Part shown: in pieces, positions 7,888 through 15,153 of the stretch
Position numbering within the stretch: position 1 is the first letter of the stretch
How the letters are laid out: each line of letters begins with the position of its first letter
Origin: a virus
Lineage: Duplodnaviria; Caudoviricetes
Virus record (IMG/VR): IMGVR_UViG_3300017448_000028
Location: 1-46,508 of that record
Direction: 5' to 3' (one strand)
Length of the DNA stretch: 46,508 nt
Notes under the pieces: model-generated
What the model saw: only the letters and a program-made list of their open reading frames with translations
Told to the model about the DNA's origin: nothing
The model's database searches: none
Translations under genes and position numbers: made by a program

Positions 7888-8963
7888 CCACTGGTAGCAT
7901 CGACGACACCCCGGCGGCCAAAGCTGATGCCACGCCCAATCGAGTACCGTCGCCGGGCCCACAGACTCCGCAAGCCCCGCCCATGGATGATGCGCCCCCC
8001 AAGCTCGGCACGCCGGGGCTTGCGGATCCCCTTCTCGCACTGCTCGCCGAAGTCCTCGACGACCTCGAACGCACACGCATCGCCAACGAGAACCGACTTC
8101 GGCAGCTCACCCGGACCGAGGAAGACTCCGACGGCGTGACGCGCGGACTCGGACTCTTCACCGACGATCCGGCCGTCGCCCGCATCGCCAGCGTCGTCCA
8201 CAACCTCGCGAAGCTTGAGCGCGAGGTTGAACTCGGCCTCGCACGCCAGTTGCGCGTCCATCCGCTCGGTCCGTGGACCAAGCGGACGCTCGGCCTCGGC
8301 CCGAAGCAGGGGCCGCGCCTACTCGCCGCAATCGGCGACCCGTACTGGAACTACCTGCACGACCGTCCGCGCACCGTCTCGGAGCTGTGGGCGTATTGTG
8401 GCTACCACGTACTTCCCGCCAGCCAGGCCGTCACCGACACCCAAGATGACGTCGCTGGCGGGAGCAGTCTTCACCCGGGCCAAACACCCGTCGATAGCCA
8501 TACGCCTTGCGCCCGGGTGAGCAAGCTGGGCGACCCCGACCATGGTGGGGCCGATCCCCACGCGAGCGCCGTCGGGGTCGCTCCTTCCCGCGCCAAGGGC
8601 CAGCGCGCCAACTGGTCGGCCAACGCCAAAATGCGCACTTACCTCGCCGCCGAAGCCTGCATGAAAGGCCTCCGCAAGCCGTGCCAGCGCGCAGACGGCG
8701 ATGACTACGCCGTCCACGTCGAAGGCTGCACCTGCTTCCCCTACCGCCTCGTCTACGACGCCGCACGAGTGAAATACGCCGACGCCCTGCATAAGGTTGA
8801 ATGCAAACGCTGCGGGCCGTCCGGAAAACCCGCAGCCATCGGCAGCCCGCTCTCGGCGGGACACAAGCACGCCCGCGCGCTCCGCGTCGTCTCCAAAGAG
8901 ATCCTGAAAGACCTCTGGCGCGAGGCCGCGACGATCCACGCCAGCCAATACCAGTCGAACTGA
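7884..8963 (+). CDS. Nop-domain / IS110-C-terminal-like RNA-binding protein without RuvC or HNH nuclease (TasA-like)
   Basis: Coiled coil LDDLERTRIANENRLRQL; HhH-like HPLGPW..TLGLGPKQGPRLLAAIGD; TVSELWAYCGY; RAKGQRANWS; PYRLVYD..RVKY; HKHARALRVVSKEILKDLW; no DEDD domain in front. Confidence 0.75.
   Translation: MTTGSIDDTPAAKADATPNRVPSPGPQTPQAPPMDDAPPKLGTPGLADPLLALLAEVLDDLERTRIANENRLRQLTRTEEDSDGVTRGLGLFTDDPAVARIASVVHNLAKLEREVELGLARQLRVHPLGPWTKRTLGLGPKQGPRLLAAIGDPYWNYLHDRPRTVSELWAYCGYHVLPASQAVTDTQDDVAGGSSLHPGQTPVDSHTPCARVSKLGDPDHGGADPHASAVGVAPSRAKGQRANWSANAKMRTYLAAEACMKGLRKPCQRADGDDYAVHVEGCTCFPYRLVYDAARVKYADALHKVECKRCGPSGKPAAIGSPLSAGHKHARALRVVSKEILKDLWREAATIHASQYQSN
7910..8026 (+). ncRNA. TIGR-like stem-loop guide array, units 1-2 (inside the 5' end of the Tas-like ORF)
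   Basis: Unit 1 (7910-7957): stem-CCA-AAGCTGATG-CCACGCCCA-ATCGAGTAC-CG-stem. Unit 2 (7967-8026): stem-CCA-TGGATGATG-CGCCCCCCA-AGCTCGGCA-CG-stem. Confidence 0.7.
8414..8583 (+). ncRNA. TIGR-like stem-loop guide array, units 3-5 (in-frame insertion in the Tas-like ORF)
   Basis: 8414-8463: CCA-GGCCGTCAC-CGACACCCA-AGATGACGT-CG; 8471-8520: CCA-AACACCCGT-CGATAGCCA-TACGCCTTG-CG; 8528-8583: CCA-TGGTGGGGC-CGATCCCCA-CGCGAGCGC-CG; each closed by a different 10-13 bp stem. Confidence 0.8.
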
Positions 8964-8977
8964 CGTGCGAGTATCGT
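8955..8977 (+). promoter_or_regulatory. LexA(SOS)-box-like operator plus -10 element
   Basis: TCGAAC-TGAC-GTGCGA (1 mismatch to TCGAAC-N4-GTTCGA), then G-TATCGT. Confidence 0.55.
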
Positions 8978-8986
8978 GAATGCAGT

Positions 8987-9062
8987 GCGCACCCCCCGTG
9001 ATCAGCCACTCGTCACCGTCGAAACCAACCTCGGCGGTGACCTGCTGCTGACCGCGGTGCGT
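8987..9062 (+). ncRNA. Long intergenic hairpin (structured leader or ncRNA)
   Basis: 9012-9022 pairs with 9031-9041; 8996-9006 with 9047-9057; 8987-8991 with 9058-9062. Confidence 0.4.
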
Positions 9063-9131
9063 CAAGCCCTAGCCCACCTACCCGTGCGCGTCGAATCCGT
9101 CGTCAGCACGCTAGCGATCCTAAGGAGCACC

Positions 9132-9380
9132 GTGTCCGAGCAGGCCATCGTGTCCGCAGTCGTCCCCGCCGCCGAAGCCGTCGCCAAGGCGCTCGCGCCC
9201 GAAGCCGAAGCACTCCTCAAGTCCGCCGAAACCCGCCTGATCGCCGAGGGCGACCGGCTCAAGGCCGAGATCGACGCCTCGCACAACGGCGTCCTGGTCT
9301 GGCTGCGCGGCGCGCTCGGCGACGTCGCCCCGGCCGCGACCGTGGACCCTACTTCGGCGGTTCCGGCACCGCCCCAGTAA
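9132..9380 (+). CDS. Hypothetical protein
   Basis: Strong RBS TAAGGAG at 9121 before GTG 9132, preferred to the ORF-track start 8976. Confidence 0.65.
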   Translation: MSEQAIVSAVVPAAEAVAKALAPEAEALLKSAETRLIAEGDRLKAEIDASHNGVLVWLRGALGDVAPAATVDPTSAVPAPPQ

Positions 9381-9583
9381 CCGAGCACCGGGCCCTCGCC
9401 CACTTCGCCGGGATCCGCCAACTCCTCGGCCGCAAGGTCCACGCCGACTTCGACGAGATCGAACACGCACTCGCCGCACTCGAACACGACCTGCGACACG
9501 CGTTGAAGCACTGCCACAGCGCACCGACCAGCAGCGCGCCAGCCCGCATCACCGTCACCCCCACCAACCAGAAAGGCAACACC

Positions 9584-9847
9584 ATGACCACCTTCGCACC
9601 CGGCGCCACCATCACCTTCACCGCCGTCTCCGACAACGCCGAGAACGCGCCGGTGACCGACACCTACACGTGGACCACCACCGCCGGCACCATCGTCGCC
9701 GGCGCCGACACCACCACCGTCACCATCTCCGACGCCCCGCTCGGCGACGTCACCGTGACCGCGACCGACCCGACCGGCCTGTCCGGCTCCGTGACGGTGA
9801 CGGTCGCCGACTCGACGCCGACCAGCGTCACCGTGACGGCGGCCTAA
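9584..9847 (+). CDS. Thr/Val-rich single Ig-like domain protein
   Basis: RBS GAAAGG; TYTWTT...GDVTVTATD...GSVTVTV beta-sandwich pattern. Confidence 0.65.
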   Translation: MTTFAPGATITFTAVSDNAENAPVTDTYTWTTTAGTIVAGADTTTVTISDAPLGDVTVTATDPTGLSGSVTVTVADSTPTSVTVTAA

Positions 9848-9850
9848 GCC

Positions 9851-10099
9851 ATGGCCACCCGCGCGAAGTTCCGCTGCACCTCGGTCACGCGCACCTCGTA
9901 CACTCCCGCGAACGAGGAGGAGCTGCCGCGTCAGTTCGTCTTCCAGGCGATCTACGACCAGAGCATCCCCGAAGACCAGCGGTACGCGAAGTACTCGCCC
10001 GCTGGCGAGCTGAAGATCACGGTCGACAACCCGGCCGTGGACTGGGAGATCGGGAAGTCGTACTACCTCGACTTCACGCCGGTCGCCGACGAAACCTGA
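9851..10099 (+). CDS. Conserved phage hypothetical protein (RAKFxC...YYLDFTP family)
   Basis: Motif pattern, GC3 bias. Confidence 0.7.
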   Translation: MATRAKFRCTSVTRTSYTPANEEELPRQFVFQAIYDQSIPEDQRYAKYSPAGELKITVDNPAVDWEIGKSYYLDFTPVADET

Positions 10100-10170
10100 C
10101 CCACCCCCGGCGCGCCGTGCCGCCGCACACGCACGGCACACCCAGCCTTCCGAGCCCTCGACGGAGAACC

Positions 10171-10386
10171 ATGGCCCGCTACCACTACGTGCTGACCTTC
10201 CAGCGCCAGACGCCCGACGGCACGCTGCACATCGGCACGCACCAGAACTACGCCCACTTCGACGGCCTCGGCGAGAAGCAGATGTACGACCACATTTTCG
10301 ATCAGGTGGCCCGGGAAGAGGGCGCCCCGGACTCGATGGCCGTCCTGTTCTACCGGCTCACGCCAGACCCGGAAGCGGCCAGCTGA
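10171..10386 (+). CDS. Hypothetical protein
   Basis: RBS GGAG, ATG, TGATG coupling. Confidence 0.65.
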   Translation: MARYHYVLTFQRQTPDGTLHIGTHQNYAHFDGLGEKQMYDHIFDQVAREEGAPDSMAVLFYRLTPDPEAAS

Positions 10387-10790
10387 TGCCCACGATCCAT
10401 ACCTGCCCCATCCCCGCCTGCGACTGGCAGCGCACCGACGACGGCCCCGAACCCATCGAACAACCCGTCACCCTCACCGACGCCACGGCACTCGTCGAAG
10501 CGCACGCCTCCGTCGTCGCAGCCGAGCTCGGCGCCCACTTCGACACCCACCCCGCACGCGACTGGGTCCTGCTCGTACACCAGCTCCGCCAGGAACTCGC
10601 CAAACGGGCGCCGCTACTCCTGTGCGCGCCCTGCATCTCCGACCGGCACGACGCACAGGCCGCTGGGCGCCCGCTGCCGTCGATCAGCCCGGCACAGGTC
10701 ATCGTCGGCGGGACGGGGTCGTGCCTGGGTCACCTGTCGTTCGGACAGCAGCAGCTGCCCGGGCGCACGCCGGGAGGACTGATCGTCTGA
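10386..10790 (+). CDS. Hypothetical Cys/His-containing protein
   Basis: CPIPAC...CAPC motifs; coupled to neighbours. Confidence 0.6.
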   Translation: MPTIHTCPIPACDWQRTDDGPEPIEQPVTLTDATALVEAHASVVAAELGAHFDTHPARDWVLLVHQLRQELAKRAPLLLCAPCISDRHDAQAAGRPLPSISPAQVIVGGTGSCLGHLSFGQQQLPGRTPGGLIV

Positions 10791-10987
10791 TGGCCGAGTC
10801 CCTCGACGTGCTCCACGTCATCCCGGTCGGTGATCTCGTCGGCCACGACACCGGCACCGCCGAGCCGGACTGCGCGTGCGGCCCCCGCGTCGAGCCCGTG
10901 CAGCGGGACGACGGGTCGATGGGCTGGCTGATCGTGCACCACTCTCTCGACGGCCGCGAGAAGACGGAGACCGATCATGCAACATAA
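10790..10987 (+). CDS. Small conserved actinophage protein (HVIP...H...CxCGP...VHHSLDGRE)
   Basis: RBS GGAGG, TGATG coupling, motif pattern. Confidence 0.65.
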   Translation: MAESLDVLHVIPVGDLVGHDTGTAEPDCACGPRVEPVQRDDGSMGWLIVHHSLDGREKTETDHAT

Positions 10988-11026
10988 TCGGCATTATGCG
11001 GACGGCTAAGCGATCACCGGAAACGC

Positions 11027-11060
11027 AGGGACGGCGCCGACCGAAGCCGACGCCGTCCCT
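11027..11060 (-). terminator. 15-bp GC-rich hairpin with cUUCGg tetraloop on the minus strand (terminator, or part of the tRNA-like RNA)
   Basis: AGGGACGGCGTCGGC-TTCG-GTCGGCGCCGTCCCT at the convergence of plus- and minus-strand units. Confidence 0.6.
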
Positions 11061-11062
11061 CT

Positions 11063-11122
11063 GCTCTGCCAATTGAGCTACAGGCGACCTCGCGATCGCC
11101 CGGCGGGACTTGAACCCGCAAC
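11063..11122 (-). ncRNA. Circularly permuted tRNA-like module (T arm - closed acceptor stem - D arm)
   Basis: Minus strand: GCGGG-TTCAAGT-CCCGC, CGGGCGA-tcgcgagg-TCGCCTG, TA-GCTC-AATTGGCA-GAGC. Confidence 0.75.
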
Positions 11123-11125
11123 ACG

Positions 11126-11199
<74 letters not shown>

Positions 11200-11213
11200 C
11201 AGGCCACGATAGC

Positions 11214-11831
11214 TCACCACCGCGACCCGAGCCCAGACGTATTCCCGGCGTGCCCCGGCGACCCGATCCCATGATGCCTCCAGCCCCAGGTCACCTTCGG
11301 CACGTGCACGACCTTCGCGCCAGCAGCGAGGCACCCGAGCGTGAACCGCCAATCCTCGCCCGCGACCTGACCCCCGACCGTCTCACCCGCGACCGGCGCA
11401 TCGAACCCCACCGACTGGGCGAGCTCCGTCCGAACCAGCGTCGTCACCGTCGTCTGCGTCGGCCGGTCCGGATCGAACGGCTTCCCGAAGTGCTCGAGCG
11501 GATCCTTCACATGCACGACGGTGCCATGCCGGTTGATGATCTCGTACCAGGAATAGACGTAGTCGGCGCCGTGCACCTTGGCGCCGGCGAGCAGCGTGCT
11601 CAGGTGATCCGGATACATCACGTCGTCGCTGTCGAGGAACGCGACCCACTCCGTCTCCACCTTGCGGAGTCCGCGGTCCCGGGTGATAGCGGCGCCGTTG
11701 TGCTCCAGGTCCTCCACCACGTGCACGAGTCGCGGCATCCTGCGCTGCGCCCAGGCCGACTCGACCGCGAGTTTCAGGTACGGTTCGCGGCCGGGATGCG
11801 TCGGGATGACCACCGAGATCCCCGGCTTCAC
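11214..11831 (-). CDS. Glycosyltransferase family 2 (GT-A)
   Basis: ISVVIPTH...WVAFLDSDD (DxD)...GEDW; GTGA coupling to the methyltransferase. Confidence 0.9.
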   Translation of the reverse strand: MKPGISVVIPTHPGREPYLKLAVESAWAQRRMPRLVHVVEDLEHNGAAITRDRGLRKVETEWVAFLDSDDVMYPDHLSTLLAGAKVHGADYVYSWYEIINRHGTVVHVKDPLEHFGKPFDPDRPTQTTVTTLVRTELAQSVGFDAPVAGETVGGQVAGEDWRFTLGCLAAGAKVVHVPKVTWGWRHHGIGSPGHAGNTSGLGSRW

Positions 11832-12349
11832 TGGGCTGCCATGCTCGGCTTGGCGAAGTACGCGCCGATCGCGCTGCCGCACCACCACTCCTCGACACCG
11901 CCAAGAATGGCGAGCACCTGATCGTGCGACCAAGCATGCAAGTGGGCTTCGTGCCGATTTCCGTCTACGGGGCCTTGGGGCCATTCGATGATTGGCAGTG
12001 ATGCGAAAACCCCGAGCCACGCTGCGGCCCGCGCGCGTTCCCAGACGGCGACTGCATCGGCGACCGCCAGGTGCTCAAGCACGTCCCCGAAGATCACCAC
12101 GTCTTCAGAGCCGAACTCAAGATCGCGCACATCCCCTACGATCAGCCGGTCGTACTTCGCGACCAGACCGAACCGTTCAATATACGGCTCATGCACCTCG
12201 ATGGCAGTGAACTTAGCTTCCGGCAGCAGGGGTCGTAGCAGGTCCGCGTATGCGCCAGCGCCGCATCCGACGTCCAGGACAGTCCCTGGATTCAATGCCA
12301 CGACATGCCTGCGCATCCAGTCCTTGCCTTCGTCACTCGACCAGGGCAT
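11828..12349 (-). CDS. Class I SAM-dependent methyltransferase
   Basis: VLDVGCGAG, AIE, GDV, FGDVLEH; RBS GAGGGAGG before ATG. Confidence 0.9.
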   Translation of the reverse strand: MPWSSDEGKDWMRRHVVALNPGTVLDVGCGAGAYADLLRPLLPEAKFTAIEVHEPYIERFGLVAKYDRLIVGDVRDLEFGSEDVVIFGDVLEHLAVADAVAVWERARAAAWLGVFASLPIIEWPQGPVDGNRHEAHLHAWSHDQVLAILGGVEEWWCGSAIGAYFAKPSMAAQ

Positions 12350-12359
12350 TGCGCCTCCC

Positions 12360-12382
12360 TCGAACGCTCGTACGAGTAGAAT
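12360..12382 (+). promoter_or_regulatory. LexA-box-like operator plus -10 element upstream of the HNH gene
   Basis: TCGAAC-GCTC-GTACGA, then G-TAGAAT. Confidence 0.55.
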
Positions 12383-12451
12383 AAACGCAAGGACCCCGGC
12401 GACCGCGTCAACGGCCCCGGGGCATGGAGACGACCTGATCAGAGGTGCCTC

Positions 12452-13024
12452 ATGGGCGATCGTATCTGCTCGATCCCAGAATGCGCACGACAGCACTACG
12501 CCAAGAACTTGTGCAAAATGCACTATGCTCGGCTGCGCAAAACGGGAAGCACGGTCCTCGCCGCGCGCAAAGATCAACTGCTCGCCAACGTTCGAGTGAC
12601 CGAGACGTGCTGGATTTGGACCGGGAAGCCCACTTCCAACGGCTATGGCCGCTTTGGTCTCGACGGCAATATGATCGCAGCCCATCGCGCGTCCTACCTG
12701 CTGTTCGTCGGACCGATACCCGAAGGTCTCGAACTCGACCACCGGTGCCACACGGACGACACCGAGTGCCCCGGTGGTTCCTCGTGCCCGCATCGCCGCT
12801 GCGTGAATCCCGAGCACCTAGAGCCCACGACGCATCTGGAGAACGTCCAGCGCGGGCGCGGCGGCCAGCTCCAACTGGCGCGCACTCACTGTCCGCAAGG
12901 CCACCCGTACGACGCGGACAATACCTTCATGAGGGCGGACGGCGCACGCGGCTGCCGCATCTGTCGAAATGATCGATCCCGCAAATGCAAGGCGCGCAAG
13001 CGCGCTCAGACGGCGCCTCGGTAG
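12452..13024 (+). CDS. HNH homing endonuclease (free-standing, antisense within the glycosylation operon)
   Basis: CSIPEC..LCKMHY, CWIWTG..GYG, AHRASY, LDHRC...CVNPEHL...EN, THCPQGH...CRIC. Confidence 0.92.
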   Translation: MGDRICSIPECARQHYAKNLCKMHYARLRKTGSTVLAARKDQLLANVRVTETCWIWTGKPTSNGYGRFGLDGNMIAAHRASYLLFVGPIPEGLELDHRCHTDDTECPGGSSCPHRRCVNPEHLEPTTHLENVQRGRGGQLQLARTHCPQGHPYDADNTFMRADGARGCRICRNDRSRKCKARKRAQTAPR

Positions 13025-14037
13025 GCGCGCTCCCACAGGTGCGCGTGGTCGTCCACGATCCACTTCGCCGCCTCGGCGCGCGCCGCAGCACCCATCCGCG
13101 CACGCAGCTCATCATCCCGCACCAGCAGGTCCAGGTATTCGGCCCACTCACGCTCGTGCTCGACCAGAAAGCCCGTCTGCCCGTGCCGCACGAAGTCCCG
13201 ATACGGACCCACATCCGACGCGATCACCGGGATGCCGCGAGCACCATACTCCAGAGCCTTCAACGGCGACTTACACCGGTTGAACTGCACATTCGCCAAC
13301 GGCGCCAAGCCGATCTGCACGTCGATCCCCGCCATGTACCGGACCGGGTCACGCCAGATCGGCCGCCACGGACGCACCTCCGCATCCACACCGAGGAGCT
13401 CACCGTAGTCGACACCACCCATCACCACCTTGGTGTCGGGATGTGCGGCGAACCAGCGGCCGAGCGGACGCCGTAGCTGTTCGACGTCGCCGAGGTGCGT
13501 GTTCGACCCGTACCAGCCCACCGTCACCGCACCCGACTGGTCGACCGGCGGCAGGTCGAACACCCGCCGCTCCAGGCAGTTCGGCAGCACATGCACGGGC
13601 GCCGTCACGCCGTACTCGGCGCGCACCACCTCGGCCAGGTATTCGGTCGACACGGTCACCGCGTCCGCCGTCCGGATGTTCTCCAGCAGCCGGGTACGCC
13701 GGATCGGCATCGCGTAGAACGAGCGTGCCGTCTTGCTCGTCGGCTCGACGTTGAGCAGGTCGTCGTCGGTCTCGAATACCCGGCGCACGTCGCCGCGTGC
13801 GGCCTGCCAGCGTTGCGACGGCCATTCGTTGCTCACGCGCTGCCCGACGAGGACGTGGTTCGCCGGGCGCTTGCCGTGCTGCCACTGCATGTCGCCGCGG
13901 TAGACGGTCGAGTGGCCGCGTCGTGCGAGCGCGTCGAACGGGACGCGGATGCGGTAGTAGCCGACGCCTTCGTGGTCAGCGAGCCAGCCGCCGAGGACTA
14001 GCGGTTTCGAGGTGTCCACGAACAGATGTTCGCACAT
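13006..14037 (-). CDS. Glycosyltransferase (GT-B, family 4-like)
   Basis: GYYRIRVP, ETDDD, VGWYGSNTHLGD, FNRCKSPLKALEYGARGIPVIASD; start may be GTG 14019. Confidence 0.9.
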   Translation of the reverse strand: MCEHLFVDTSKPLVLGGWLADHEGVGYYRIRVPFDALARRGHSTVYRGDMQWQHGKRPANHVLVGQRVSNEWPSQRWQAARGDVRRVFETDDDLLNVEPTSKTARSFYAMPIRRTRLLENIRTADAVTVSTEYLAEVVRAEYGVTAPVHVLPNCLERRVFDLPPVDQSGAVTVGWYGSNTHLGDVEQLRRPLGRWFAAHPDTKVVMGGVDYGELLGVDAEVRPWRPIWRDPVRYMAGIDVQIGLAPLANVQFNRCKSPLKALEYGARGIPVIASDVGPYRDFVRHGQTGFLVEHEREWAEYLDLLVRDDELRARMGAAARAEAAKWIVDDHAHLWERAYRGAV

Positions 14038-14076
14038 CTGTTCGCTCTCGCTCTATCATCCACATATGGCCATATG
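14019..14076. promoter_or_regulatory. Divergent control region: tandem LexA-like boxes, -10 TATCAT and a 14-bp palindrome
   Basis: CGAAC-AGAT-GTTCG (14019-14032), CGCAC-ATCT-GTTCG (14031-14044), TATCAT (14054), CATATGGCCATATG (14063-14076). Confidence 0.65.
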
Positions 14077-14578
14077 CGTGACTGAGCAGATGATCGATGC
14101 GGCGCAGACGCAGCTGCCCGGCGTCTGGAACCGCGCACGCGTCCGCCGAGCCCTCGAGGCCGCCATCGCCCAAGTCCCGATCGAAGACGACATCCCCATC
14201 CCGACGACGCTCACCGTCCACTGCCTGGTCGACGAGCAGCAGCTCCGCGCCGACGTGGTCGCCGCCGTCGAACGCACCCGGGCCATGCTGCCGATCGACG
14301 CACGCGGCACCCTCGACCTGGCCGAGCTGAAGATGCAGCTCGGCAGTCCCCAGCCGACGATGACCGTCCACGAGCCCGTGCTCAACCCGGCACTCGGCCT
14401 GCCGCTCGAACTCGGCAGCCAATCGGACATCGCCAACCGGCTGCACGTCGGCCGCTCAACCGTCTCCGGCTGGATCAAGAACCGTGAGGCCAACGGCATG
14501 CCGGGCCCCGTCGACGGACTCGCCTACGACCTGCCAGCCGTCGAAGCATGGCACCGCGACTGGAAGGCGGCCGGCTGA
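14066..14578 (+). CDS. HTH DNA-binding protein
   Basis: C-terminal SQSDIANRLHVGRSTVSGW...YDLPAVEAW; likely leaderless ATG just after the -10. Confidence 0.7.
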   Translation: MAICVTEQMIDAAQTQLPGVWNRARVRRALEAAIAQVPIEDDIPIPTTLTVHCLVDEQQLRADVVAAVERTRAMLPIDARGTLDLAELKMQLGSPQPTMTVHEPVLNPALGLPLELGSQSDIANRLHVGRSTVSGWIKNREANGMPGPVDGLAYDLPAVEAWHRDWKAAG

Positions 14579-15153
14579 TGCCCGGCGGCCACCGGAACAA
14601 CCAGCAGCGAGTCAGCGCCGAACTGAACGCCCGCATCGTCGAACTGCGGGACGCCGACTGGACGTTCCGGGAGATCGCCGCCGAAGTAGACCGCGACGTC
14701 GCCGTCGTCTGGCGCCACTACCAGCGCGCCATGCGCCGCATCCCCGCCGCCGCCGTCGAACAGCACCAAGCGAAGATCGCCCTCCGGCTCGACGAGCAGC
14801 TCCGCCGCATCGACATGGAGCGCGAGATCCTCGATGACATCGTCGCCAAGCGGCACGTGCACATCTCCAACGGCCACGTCGTCTCCGAGATCATCGGCCA
14901 GGACGAGCTCGGCAAGCCGATCTACGGCGAGCCGTACGAAGACGACGCCCCGACCATGGCCGCCATCGACCGGCTCGGCAAGCTCGACGACCAGGAGGCG
15001 AAGCTCCTCGGGATGTACCCGAAGCAGCAGGTCTCCGTCACCCGCGAAACCTCCGAGCTGGACGCCACCGTCATCGACATGATCAACCGGGCGAAGGAAC
15101 GCGCCGCAGCACGCGAAGCCGCCATCAACGCCCCCGAGCCCGAGGCGCCATGA
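14578..15153 (+). CDS. terS: Terminase small subunit / HTH protein
   Basis: IVELRDADWTFREIA HTH, ...EAKLLG; directly upstream of TerL. Confidence 0.7.
   Translation: MPGGHRNNQQRVSAELNARIVELRDADWTFREIAAEVDRDVAVVWRHYQRAMRRIPAAAVEQHQAKIALRLDEQLRRIDMEREILDDIVAKRHVHISNGHVVSEIIGQDELGKPIYGEPYEDDAPTMAAIDRLGKLDDQEAKLLGMYPKQQVSVTRETSELDATVIDMINRAKERAAAREAAINAPEPEAP

Noticed and set aside
7884-8963. Active IS110 insertion sequence
   Set aside because: No N-terminal DEDD RuvC domain, the catalytic-Ser loop position is occupied by the hairpin insert, and the gene is translationally coupled within a phage operon
11063-11122. Second functional canonical tRNA
   Set aside because: The halves are in reversed order and there is no 7-nt anticodon loop; reported as a permuted tRNA-like RNA instead
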